The notes beneath the pieces were generated by a model, which worked only from the letters and a program-made list of their open reading frames with translations, did no database searches and had not been told where the DNA came from. From a virus, in IMG/VR virus record IMGVR_UViG_3300037851_000399, positions 1 to 32,625 of that record: a stretch of 32,625 nt of DNA. One strand, written 5' to 3'. Numbering within the stretch: the first letter of the stretch is position 1; each line of letters starts with the position of its first letter. Below are positions 7,397 to 15,377 of the stretch, in pieces. Made by a program: the position numbers and the translations under genes.

Positions 7397-7416
7397 ACCA
7401 AAATTCGTGTAAATTT

Positions 7417-7614
7417 ATGAAAACCGAGAATAGAAAAATGGTGGGACTAAACGAAAAGACCTACATGCTTTTGCAGAATTTGGCATTTTTTTTTGGAATT
7501 GGAATAGGTGAATTCGTTGAGAAACTGATCGAGGAGGAATTTGTAAAGAATCAGGCGAACATTTTGGAAAAATTAAAGGTGGTGCCAAAAGAAACCACCG
7601 GCCAAGACCAATAA
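7417..7614 (+). CDS. Ribbon-helix-helix (CopG/Arc-like) transcriptional regulator.
   Basis: MVGLNEKTYMLLQNLAFFFGIGIGEFVEKLIEEE fits a beta-strand plus two helices. The start is either the ATG at 7417 or the one at 7438. The track start at 7345 would translate the operators. Confidence 0.55.
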   Translation: MKTENRKMVGLNEKTYMLLQNLAFFFGIGIGEFVEKLIEEEFVKNQANILEKLKVVPKETTGQDQ

Positions 7615-7680
7615 TTTGCTAAAATTACTAAAAAAAGATAAAATAGCTTAAAACAGGAGGATAAAATTAAAGGGAGCCGA

Positions 7681-9045
7681 ATGAGATCAAACAACGATCC
7701 CCGGCGACCAAAAGACGCTCCCAAGAGGAGCGCAAAAGGCAATATGGCATTCGTGCTACGTAAGGCCGAACGTAAAAAGGCTAAACTTAAGATAGGCGTA
7801 TTCGGGCCATCGGGATCCGGCAAGACATATTCGGCTCTCCTTATGGCAAAAGGAATGGCGCCATGGGATAAAATCGCCGTGATAGATACGGAGAATGGGA
7901 GCGCCGAGCTTTACAGCCACCTTGGCGCATACAACGTAATAACGCTATCCCCGCCATTTCATCCGGAAAAATACGCGGAGGCAATCATAGCTTGCGAAAA
8001 AGCCGGGATGGAAGTGGTAATAATCGACAGCATAACTCACGAATGGAACGGAACCGGAGGCATCCTTGAAATGGCAGATGAAATGGCCCAAGGATCAAAA
8101 AACTCATTTGCCGTTTGGAAAAAGCTGACGCCCATGCACAATCGATTCATAGATTGCATTCTACAATCCCCGCTCCACGTGATCTGCTGTGGGAGGACAA
8201 AACAAGAGTACGTCCTGAATCAAGTAGAGCGCAACGGCAAAACCGTAAACGTACCGGAGAAAACCGGAATGAAAGCAATGACGCGCGACGGCTTTGATTA
8301 CGAAATGACCGTGGCCTTTGACCTTGCTATAAGCCATTATGCCACCACCAGCAAAGACAGATCGGGCATTTTTATGGACAAGACGGCATTCAAGATCGGC
8401 GAGGATACCGGCAAGACGCTTCTCGATTGGGGAAATAGCGGAGCCGCCGACCTGCCCACGCCCGAACAGAATGAACGCTTTGCCGATCAACTCATGGCAT
8501 TTGGAATCACAAAAGAGCAATGGGAGGCAAAAATAGGCAAGAAGTGGGACGAATTGTCGCAAGCGAGCGCCGAGGCATACCTGAAAGCCCAAGACATCAA
8601 AATTCAGCAAAAGCGAAAGGACGATGGTCTGCCACCGGCCAGCTTTGCGCCAAAAGCCCAAAATCTGCCATCTCCCACGCCGGAACCGCCTAAACAGGCA
8701 GAACCGCCTAAAAGAGCCGAAGTCGCGCCTGATGGGCAGAATTTGACGCCAAGTGAACCGGCAAAGGATGCCCAAGACAATCCACCGCCGGACTGTCTTG
8801 CTCCCAGCCAGCCCGAAGCGGCCACGCGTGCGCAAAGGGAAATGATAGAATTTATGGTGCTGGAGAAAGGTAAGACATGCGAGGATGCCGCGAAGCTGGG
8901 AGGAAAGGAATCAATTGACCAGCTGACGGTAGAGGATGCAAACCGCGTGATCCAAGTGCTGGGATCCATGCCGGATGCCGAACTGAAAAAGAGAACACCG
9001 GCCGAGGCAATGCGCGCGGGCATGGGAGAAAAACCTATATTCTAA
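7681..9045 (+). CDS. Sak4-like / AAA_24-type RecA-fold ATPase with a long Pro-rich C-terminal extension.
   Basis: Walker A GPSGSGKT and Walker B VVIIDSITHEW. The C-terminal ~170 aa are P/A/E/K-rich (EPPKQAEPPKRAE) and are followed by a small domain. Confidence 0.7.
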   Translation: MRSNNDPRRPKDAPKRSAKGNMAFVLRKAERKKAKLKIGVFGPSGSGKTYSALLMAKGMAPWDKIAVIDTENGSAELYSHLGAYNVITLSPPFHPEKYAEAIIACEKAGMEVVIIDSITHEWNGTGGILEMADEMAQGSKNSFAVWKKLTPMHNRFIDCILQSPLHVICCGRTKQEYVLNQVERNGKTVNVPEKTGMKAMTRDGFDYEMTVAFDLAISHYATTSKDRSGIFMDKTAFKIGEDTGKTLLDWGNSGAADLPTPEQNERFADQLMAFGITKEQWEAKIGKKWDELSQASAEAYLKAQDIKIQQKRKDDGLPPASFAPKAQNLPSPTPEPPKQAEPPKRAEVAPDGQNLTPSEPAKDAQDNPPPDCLAPSQPEAATRAQREMIEFMVLEKGKTCEDAAKLGGKESIDQLTVEDANRVIQVLGSMPDAELKKRTPAEAMRAGMGEKPIF

Positions 9046-9054
9046 AAACTATTT

Positions 9055-9459
9055 ATGTTTTTTGGCAATGCTCGCAAACCAAGGAAACCGCGTGAGGAAA
9101 AAGAATATCATGAACAATGCGCATTTGTAAATTACCTTGAAATTTTGAAAGGTCAGGGTAGTGTAGTTTTATTCACAGCCATAAAACATAATCTGTGGAC
9201 AAAAAGCCGGAGGCAGATCATGAATCAAAAGCGGGAGGGCCTCCGGCCGGGATTCCCCGATCTCGCGATAATAATAAATCCGAGAAGCGGAAAGAAGCGC
9301 CTGATATTCATCGAAATGAAAGCGCCGGTCGGAGGAGAGGTAAGCGAATTCCAAGAGGCATGGCTGAAAGAGCTTGGTCAATGCAATATTCATTCGGCCG
9401 TGACTAAGGGATATGAGGAGGCCAAGGAATTAATAGATAGGGCAATCAAACTTTTATGA
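9055..9459 (+). CDS. VRR-NUC domain nuclease.
   Basis: GFPDLAII…IFIEMKAPVGGEVSEFQEAWL matches the PD-(D/E)xK VRR-NUC pattern. Confidence 0.7.
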   Translation: MFFGNARKPRKPREEKEYHEQCAFVNYLEILKGQGSVVLFTAIKHNLWTKSRRQIMNQKREGLRPGFPDLAIIINPRSGKKRLIFIEMKAPVGGEVSEFQEAWLKELGQCNIHSAVTKGYEEAKELIDRAIKLL

Positions 9460-9623
9460 TAAAATTACCAAAGGCCCATAAAAAGTGGCGACGGATTAAT
9501 CCATATAGGTGCGCCGTCTGCGGACTGCCGCGGTATTCATTCCAATATTCCCGGGCCAAAGGAGGCGTCTGCACCAAGTGTAAAAAGGTAGTGCCGGACG
9601 ATCGTCAACGGAAACTTATATGA
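9456..9623 (+). CDS. Small zinc-ribbon protein (55 aa). Not in the ORF track.
   Basis: ATGA overlap with the VRR-NUC stop. Hand translation gives MIKLPKAHKKWRRINPYRCAVCGLPRYSFQYSRAKGGVCTKCKKVVPDDRQRKLI (CxxC…CxxC). Confidence 0.45.
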   Translation: MIKLPKAHKKWRRINPYRCAVCGLPRYSFQYSRAKGGVCTKCKKVVPDDRQRKLI

Positions 9624-9680
9624 GTAATAAAAAAAGCAAAACAGATTTTTTGCGACTTTTGGATAAGACGCGACCGAAAT

Positions 9681-10475
9681 ATGTTGATAAATAAAATCAT
9701 ACAAGGAGATGCTTTAGAAAAATTAAAAGAACTGTCGGATGAGAGTATCGACTGCGTCGTGACAAGCCCGCCGTATTGGAAATTACGAAATTACAACATT
9801 GCTGGACAGATTGGATTGGAAAAAACCTACCAAGAGTTTATTAAAAATTTATGCGATATTTTTGATGAAGTAAAACGGGTTTTGAAACTAACCGGATCGT
9901 GCTGGGTTGTAATTGGCGACACCTATGCCGGAAGCGGCAGCGGTTGGCTATTGCGGAATGAAATTATATGGCACAAGCCGAATGTAATGCCGTCCAGCGC
10001 AAAAGATAGATTCACGGTGGATTTTGAAAAAGTATTTTTTTTCACCAAGAAAAAAGATTATTTTTTTGAGCAACAGTTTGAACATTATACCAAACCATTG
10101 AATCGCTGGGGTGGCCCGAAAACAAAATCGACTGATGCCAGCAAAGGCGACGATTTTTCGGTAAAAGAGCGGGATGACCGGCTCCGCCGGCCCAATCAAG
10201 CCGGACGGAATATGAGGACTGTTTGGAGTATTAATACGCGGCCATTTGCCGGCGCACACTTTGCCACCTTTCCGGAATCATTAATTGAGCCGATGATAAA
10301 AGCCGGATGCCCGCAAGGTGGAATTGTGCTGGATCCGTTTATGGGAGCCGGGACAACGGCTGTGGTGGCCGTAAAGCATGGGAGGAATTATCTTGGCATA
10401 GAATTGAATCCGGACTACATAAAAATCGCTGAGGAAAGAATAAAATTAGCCACAAGCCGGCAAAAAATACTATAA
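9681..10475 (+). CDS. DNA methyltransferase (N4-C/N6-A, beta class).
   Basis: SPPY motif IV (VVTSPPYW), NEIIWHKPN, and motif I DPFMGAGTT near the C-terminus. Confidence 0.8.
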   Translation: MLINKIIQGDALEKLKELSDESIDCVVTSPPYWKLRNYNIAGQIGLEKTYQEFIKNLCDIFDEVKRVLKLTGSCWVVIGDTYAGSGSGWLLRNEIIWHKPNVMPSSAKDRFTVDFEKVFFFTKKKDYFFEQQFEHYTKPLNRWGGPKTKSTDASKGDDFSVKERDDRLRRPNQAGRNMRTVWSINTRPFAGAHFATFPESLIEPMIKAGCPQGGIVLDPFMGAGTTAVVAVKHGRNYLGIELNPDYIKIAEERIKLATSRQKIL

Positions 10476-10592
10476 TAAACAATGGGCAAGCGGTGAGAAC
10501 TGCAAGGTACGTGGCCGGCAATTGAGAATAGGCAAAAGAGGCGCGGCAGATAGCGGACGGCCTGAAAGCCCATAAAATTAACGGAGGACAAT

Positions 10593-12695
10593 ATGGAGAA
10601 AAATAAACTCGAAATCATCCAAGTGCCAATCGATTCGCTTCGACCGGCCGAATACAATCCGCGTAAGATAACGGAAAAACAGAGGAATGACTTAAAGGCC
10701 AGCATTCAAAAATTTGGAATGGTGGATCCAGTGATTGTTAACCGATATCCGGACAGAATGAATATCGTGGTGGGAGGCCATATGCGACTTTTGATAGCAA
10801 GGGAGCTCGGCTGGACTGAGGTGCCGGCCGTTTTTGTTAATTTGGAGGAGGCGCAAGAGCGCGAACTAAATTTGCGCCTAAACAAAAATACCGGCGAGTT
10901 TGACCTTGAGCTTTTGGCCAGTTTTGATGAATCATTTTTGAAAGACGTGGGGTTTTCTGACATTGAGCTCGATAAGATCTTTGATTTGGAAATGAAAGAT
11001 GAGGACGATTTTGATACAGAGGCCGAACTGGCAAAAATCGTGGAGCCACAAACGAAGCAAGGCGACCTGTACGCGCTGGGAGAACATCGTCTGCTTTGCG
11101 GGGACGCGACCAGCAAGGATGACGTAGCAAAACTCACCGGTGGAATCAAGGCGGATATGGTATTCACGGATCCGCCATACAATGTGGATTACGGAGATAA
11201 AAACCCAATATGGGGACATCGTGGAGGAATAATGAATGACAAAATGGATGCCGAATCATGGAATAATTTTGTGGAAAAATGGATGAAAAATATATTGGAA
11301 TTTTGTGATGGAGGAATCTATATATGCATGAGTGGAAAGGAACTCCCGGTCGTCCAAGGGAAGTTTAATGAGCTTGGTGGACATTGGTCGTCGACAATAA
11401 TCTGGGTGAAAAATTCTTTTGCGCCGGGCCGTGCGGATTATCAGCAGGTGCATGAACCAATAATTTATGGGTGGCCGACAAGAATCAAGAATCATTATTT
11501 TGTAGATCAGCGAAACCTATTAAATGTCTGGGAGGACTTGCAAAAGGTAAAGACGCTGGTCGAGGGTGAGTATACCACGATAAAATTTCAAGGATTTGAA
11601 GTTAAGATAAAAGGCAAGGTGGAAAAAGGATGGGTGAAGCGCAGAAAACAGAGTGTGGATATCTGGCGGTTTGATAAACCGAGCATCAGCAAGGAACATC
11701 CGTGTCTTCCAGCTGGAGAATTGGTATTTATAAATGATAAATGGCAACCAATAGAGGAAGTTAAAAGTGGTAAAAGCAATTATGGCAAAATTTGTTCAAC
11801 GAGCTCTCATATTGCTGAAAAAATTATAGAGATAACGCTCGCAGATGGGAATCAAACAAAAGCAACATTCAATCATCCATTCTTGGTAATTGAAAATCAG
11901 ACACAGATAGTATGGAAGTCTGCCGGAATGATAAGAAAAGATGATATAATTTTGACTAATAAAAAGATACATAGTATAATGAAACCGCTATGTATAAAGA
12001 AAACAAAGGATACATCACAAACAAAGGATATAAAAGAATCTGCTCAAATGGAAAAATGCGGATGCAACATTGTATTGTTTGGGAACAATGCAATGGCAAA
12101 ATCCCAGAAGGAAAACAAGTCCATCACAAAAATGGGAAAAAACTTGACAATAGAATTGGAAATCTCCAGCTTGTCAGTTCCATTGAACACAAGCGGATAC
12201 ACTCCGGTTGCAAATTTAAGCAGGGAAAACAATATAAAAAATGTGGTCAATGTAAAAAATGGAAAGAAATCACATCGGTATATTGGTATTTTACAAAACA
12301 AGGATGGATATCAAGCGGAGAATGCAAAATGTGCATTATCAAAAGAGTCGGAGAACGTCGCAGAGTTCGTATTGCGGAGGGTTGGAAACGTCCGAATTAT
12401 CCGAAGAAAAACAAAAGTATATAACCTGACAATAGATGGAGTTCCTGCATTTGATACGTTAATAGGTGTAAGTCATAACACAATGAAACCGATTGCGCTC
12501 TGTAAGGAGGCCATTATCAACAGCTCCCAGCGCGGCGGATCCGTGATGGACTTATTTGCTGGTTCCGGTAGCACGCTCATTGCCGCCGAACAGAATGACC
12601 GAAAATGTTTTGCCATGGAGTTGGATCCGAAATACGTCGACGTTATAATAAAACGATGGGAACAGCTGACCGGAAGCAAAGCGGTAAAACTTTAA
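10593..12695 (+). CDS. ParB-N domain / DNA methyltransferase fusion interrupted by an intein. The precursor is 700 aa and the predicted spliced product is 441 aa.
   Basis: ParB-like N-terminus (DSLRPAEYNPR…GGHMRL). DPPY motif (FTDPPYNVDYG). …SKEHP|intein|TMKP…DLFAGSGST…ELDPKY. Confidence 0.85.
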   Translation: MEKNKLEIIQVPIDSLRPAEYNPRKITEKQRNDLKASIQKFGMVDPVIVNRYPDRMNIVVGGHMRLLIARELGWTEVPAVFVNLEEAQERELNLRLNKNTGEFDLELLASFDESFLKDVGFSDIELDKIFDLEMKDEDDFDTEAELAKIVEPQTKQGDLYALGEHRLLCGDATSKDDVAKLTGGIKADMVFTDPPYNVDYGDKNPIWGHRGGIMNDKMDAESWNNFVEKWMKNILEFCDGGIYICMSGKELPVVQGKFNELGGHWSSTIIWVKNSFAPGRADYQQVHEPIIYGWPTRIKNHYFVDQRNLLNVWEDLQKVKTLVEGEYTTIKFQGFEVKIKGKVEKGWVKRRKQSVDIWRFDKPSISKEHPCLPAGELVFINDKWQPIEEVKSGKSNYGKICSTSSHIAEKIIEITLADGNQTKATFNHPFLVIENQTQIVWKSAGMIRKDDIILTNKKIHSIMKPLCIKKTKDTSQTKDIKESAQMEKCGCNIVLFGNNAMAKSQKENKSITKMGKNLTIELEISSLSVPLNTSGYTPVANLSRENNIKNVVNVKNGKKSHRYIGILQNKDGYQAENAKCALSKESENVAEFVLRRVGNVRIIRRKTKVYNLTIDGVPAFDTLIGVSHNTMKPIALCKEAIINSSQRGGSVMDLFAGSGSTLIAAEQNDRKCFAMELDPKYVDVIIKRWEQLTGSKAVKL
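11952..11980 (+). promoter_or_regulatory. Consensus sigma70-type promoter inside the intein, directly upstream of the nested HNH ORF.
   Basis: TTGACT (11952..11957), 17-nt spacer, TATAAT (11975..11980). The ATG at 11990 is 9 nt downstream of the -10. Confidence 0.55.
11990..12424 (+). CDS. HNH homing endonuclease (144 aa) encoded out of frame entirely within the intein.
   Basis: QVHHKNGKKLDNRIGNLQLVSSIEHKRIH is a classic HNH motif. Its frame differs from the methyltransferase frame, which stays open across all 435 nt. Confidence 0.8.
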   Translation: MYKENKGYITNKGYKRICSNGKMRMQHCIVWEQCNGKIPEGKQVHHKNGKKLDNRIGNLQLVSSIEHKRIHSGCKFKQGKQYKKCGQCKKWKEITSVYWYFTKQGWISSGECKMCIIKRVGERRRVRIAEGWKRPNYPKKNKSI

Positions 12696-12699
12696 AAAT

Positions 12700-13326
12700 A
12701 TGCAAGGGCGAAAAAACAAGAACGTAGGTACGGCCATGATTCCCGCCTATCAATTCCATGCGATAAAAATGCGTTATAGTGGACAATACACGTATAAACA
12801 GATGGTTGAAGAAATAAATAAGAAGTATGGAGTTACCTTCAGCGTGGAGGCAATACAAAGCTGGTTCGGAAAGCGAGGATCATTAGGTGAAGCATACCGG
12901 CAATACGCCGATGAAATGATGGCGCTTGAAATCGAGGAAGCGCAGGATTTCATTAAAGGGAACGTATCAAAGGCGGCCAAGACGCTGGCCGCTGTTATGA
13001 TGGGAAAGGGCGGGCCGGCGCAAGTAATGGCCGCTAAGGAATTCCTTGATCGTGGCATCGGCCGTGTGACAGAAAAACTACAAGTGGCCGGCGTGCTGGC
13101 AACGATAAATGCGGAGGTAAAGGAGGACGGCGGATTCGCCGAACTATTTAAAAAAGCAGATGACGACACAAGGCGACAATTTATCTCCAGCTGGCGGAGA
13201 ATATTCAGAGGAGGAAATCAAGCGGGCAATTTACAAGGAGAGCATACCGGCAATGGCGGAGCTGGAGATATACAAAGCGAACAAGGTGGCCCGGGACAGG
13301 AACTATCGGATGGGAAAATTGCATGA
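12700..13326 (+). CDS. terS: Terminase small subunit candidate.
   Basis: It lies immediately upstream of TerL. It has an HTH-like N-terminal region (YTYKQMVEEINKKYGVTFSVEAIQSWF). The last ~55 codons overlap the TerL frame and are G-rich, so the true 3' end is uncertain. Confidence 0.55.
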   Translation: MQGRKNKNVGTAMIPAYQFHAIKMRYSGQYTYKQMVEEINKKYGVTFSVEAIQSWFGKRGSLGEAYRQYADEMMALEIEEAQDFIKGNVSKAAKTLAAVMMGKGGPAQVMAAKEFLDRGIGRVTEKLQVAGVLATINAEVKEDGGFAELFKKADDDTRRQFISSWRRIFRGGNQAGNLQGEHTGNGGAGDIQSEQGGPGQELSDGKIA

Positions 13327-14560
13327 CGAATGGAATGACCTACTGATGAGCCATCAGCTTTTGAATATCGTAGCTCCGCGCGACCACCTAAAAACATTCT
13401 TCTTCTCGGAGGCATATCCGTTGCAAGCCGCGAAATTCAACGCCGGAATCCGCATTCAGATATTTAGAAAATCGGATGGGCTGGGCGTGGAAACGCTTGA
13501 CAAAATAAAGAAGTGGGCTGAGGCACCATATTTTGCCGACCTTTTGTCCGGCGCGGATTTGTATAATAAAACTCAGCTCCGGTTTGGAAACGGAACGGAG
13601 ATATATACATCAGGATTTTGGAGCGCCGTAAGAGGAGGCCATCCGGACATTATTATTTTGGATGACATTATTGATACGGACGTGATATACAGCGATGAAC
13701 AGAACACCAAGGCACGCGAACGTTTGGCGGCCGAGATCCTGCCGATGGCCGAGCCGCATACCAAGATTGTTATCATAGGCACGATCCAGCGCGAGGACGA
13801 TATCTATTCGATCAATTGGGGAGAAGTAACCGGCGGAAAAATGGCATCCCGGACATATGATGCAATTACGGATGAGGAAAAACACACGACATTATTTCCT
13901 GAAAAATGGTCGTGGGATGCGCTGATGGCAAAAAAGGAAACGATAAAAGAAGTATCCGGTGTCGGATTTTTTAATAAGGAGTATAGGAACTGGCCAATTA
14001 GAGCCGGCGGTGCAATCATAAAACCGGAATGGTTGAGAACCTATGAGAAACTACCAGCCAATTTATCTATCTATACTGGCTGGGATTTAGCCACCGGAAA
14101 GGATTTGGAATCCGGCGACTGGACGGCCAAGGCCACGATTGGCGTGGACACGCTGGGCAACATTTATCTCATAGACATATGGCGCGCGCGTATCGATTTT
14201 GGACAGCGCGTGCGTAAATTGATAGAATTTGGACAGGCGGAAAATCCAAAAAAAATAAAAGTGGAGAGCAATGCCTTTCAAAACGATACTGTGCAAACGG
14301 CCAAGAAAAACTGCTCGCTCCCGATCGAGGGGGTAAAGACCACGAAAAATAAAATACAAAAATTCAGGGAGGATTTTGCACCAATATGCGAGAACGGAAA
14401 ATTTTATATCAAGGCCGGCGACAAAAATCAGGAGGAGTTTTGGGAGGAGGCGCTGGCGCTTCCGCGTGGGAAACACGACGATCGAGTGGACGCGGTCTGC
14501 ATAGCGATCAAAGACCTGCCGCTTTTGACCAAGGCCAGCGATTACATAATAACCGTGTAA
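13160..14560 (+). CDS. terL: Terminase large subunit.
   Basis: Walker-A-like APRDHLKT, Walker B DIIILDDI, and C-terminal nuclease-like acidic motifs. An alternative start is the ATG at 13310. Confidence 0.8.
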   Translation: MTTQGDNLSPAGGEYSEEEIKRAIYKESIPAMAELEIYKANKVARDRNYRMGKLHDEWNDLLMSHQLLNIVAPRDHLKTFFFSEAYPLQAAKFNAGIRIQIFRKSDGLGVETLDKIKKWAEAPYFADLLSGADLYNKTQLRFGNGTEIYTSGFWSAVRGGHPDIIILDDIIDTDVIYSDEQNTKARERLAAEILPMAEPHTKIVIIGTIQREDDIYSINWGEVTGGKMASRTYDAITDEEKHTTLFPEKWSWDALMAKKETIKEVSGVGFFNKEYRNWPIRAGGAIIKPEWLRTYEKLPANLSIYTGWDLATGKDLESGDWTAKATIGVDTLGNIYLIDIWRARIDFGQRVRKLIEFGQAENPKKIKVESNAFQNDTVQTAKKNCSLPIEGVKTTKNKIQKFREDFAPICENGKFYIKAGDKNQEEFWEEALALPRGKHDDRVDAVCIAIKDLPLLTKASDYIITV

Positions 14561-14758
14561 AGCCGCGCTACCATATCGACAGCTTTATCACCGCACACCG
14601 CCTGCCGGACCATCCGAACTTCAAGGTTCAATCGCATGGCCAAGACAAAAAAGAAGCCCGGCGATTTTATTTGGAAATGAAAGGTCGAGGAGCATTGATT
14701 AATTCCTATGTGATGAGTGGGAGGAACGGAGAATTCAGGGAAATATTTTTTGACGAAT

Positions 14759-15127
14759 ATGATCAATAAAAAAAAGGCCGAGGAGAGGATGATAATAACG
14801 GTGGGATTTGATAGGGTGGAGGAGGGCAAAGAGCTCCTGCAAACATTCCTCGTGGCCGCGCTGGCTGTGGATATGGAATGGGAGGATGGGACAAAAGAGG
14901 TCGCCGTCCTGCGCGGGCGCGTGCCGGTCAATCCCAGCTCGGAATTAAAAAAGCTGGTCGGCAAAAAATGGAAGCCGGATGAAATGATAAAGCTCGAAAA
15001 ATTTGGAGGTGAAACGCTGAAACAATTGCTCGATAATTTTTGGAAAGGCATTGAATTAATTACAGAAAAAAAGAAGTTATATGGACGAAGTTTCAAAGGA
15101 TTTAAACTTACGAAAAAAACAGAATGA
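14759..15127 (+). CDS. Hypothetical protein (122 aa).
   Basis: In-frame ATG at 14759 (the track uses a GTG at 14717). Protein-like composition. Confidence 0.5.
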   Translation: MINKKKAEERMIITVGFDRVEEGKELLQTFLVAALAVDMEWEDGTKEVAVLRGRVPVNPSSELKKLVGKKWKPDEMIKLEKFGGETLKQLLDNFWKGIELITEKKKLYGRSFKGFKLTKKTE

Positions 15128-15287
15128 CCTGTTTGTTATTTGTCCGGTCTGCGGGCAAAGCATCTTATACGAACGCGCTGGCGAACGCCGGCCGCATTTT
15201 GCCGACATAGACGAAAAACATTGCCGGACATATTGTTCGGAATGCGGAACCGGACTAAGGATTGACAAAACAAAAATAAAAAAATAA
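15081..15287 (+). CDS. Small zinc-ribbon protein (68 aa).
   Basis: CPVCGQ…CSECG, four Cys. Confidence 0.5.
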   Translation: MDEVSKDLNLRKKQNDLFVICPVCGQSILYERAGERRPHFADIDEKHCRTYCSECGTGLRIDKTKIKK

Positions 15288-15304
15288 AAGCATATCCTCT
15301 TGGC

Positions 15305-15339
15305 AAGGGGGCGCTGGATTTCCGCGCCTTTTTGTTTTG
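15305..15339 (+). terminator. Rho-independent terminator.
   Basis: GGCGC (15310..15314) / GCGCC (15324..15328), followed by TTTTTGTTTTG. Confidence 0.6.
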
Positions 15340-15377
15340 TGTTATTATTAAGACATAGATAATAACATCCAATTTTT

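Larger units (their letters stand above)
11703..12479 (+). mobile_element. Intein (259 codons) inserted in the HP/TxKP motif of the methyltransferase.
   Basis: Starts at Cys (CLPAGELVFI). Block B is GNQTKATFNHPFLV. Blocks F/G are VYNLTIDG…IGVSHN, followed by +1 Thr. The segment is markedly A/T-rich compared with the exteins. Confidence 0.8.

Noticed and set aside
7345-7416. Upstream extension of the RHH ORF (MAEAKSGRIHLTDGCIHHQNSCKF).
   Set aside because: It would translate through the two palindromic operator sites. The RHH fold begins at the downstream Met codons.
8161-8835. Long antisense ORFs opposite well-supported genes: 8161..8835, 10706..11182, 14542..15096, 16146..16784, 25913..26596, 27231..27734 and 30988..31524, all on the - strand.
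   Set aside because: All lie opposite genes with clear motifs, have R/S/P/C/W-rich compositions unlike real proteins, and have no promoter or terminator context. These are typical shadow ORFs.
12044-12301. 85-aa minus-strand ORF inside the intein/HNH region.
   Set aside because: It is antisense to the HNH motif region and its hydrophobic composition is an artefact of the A/T-rich sequence. There is no start context. A third coding layer is not needed to explain the data.
14386-14769. 127-aa + strand ORF overlapping the 3' end of terL.
   Set aside because: Its first half lies out of frame inside the conserved TerL C-terminus and is G/R/S-rich. The only non-overlapping part would encode about 30 aa.
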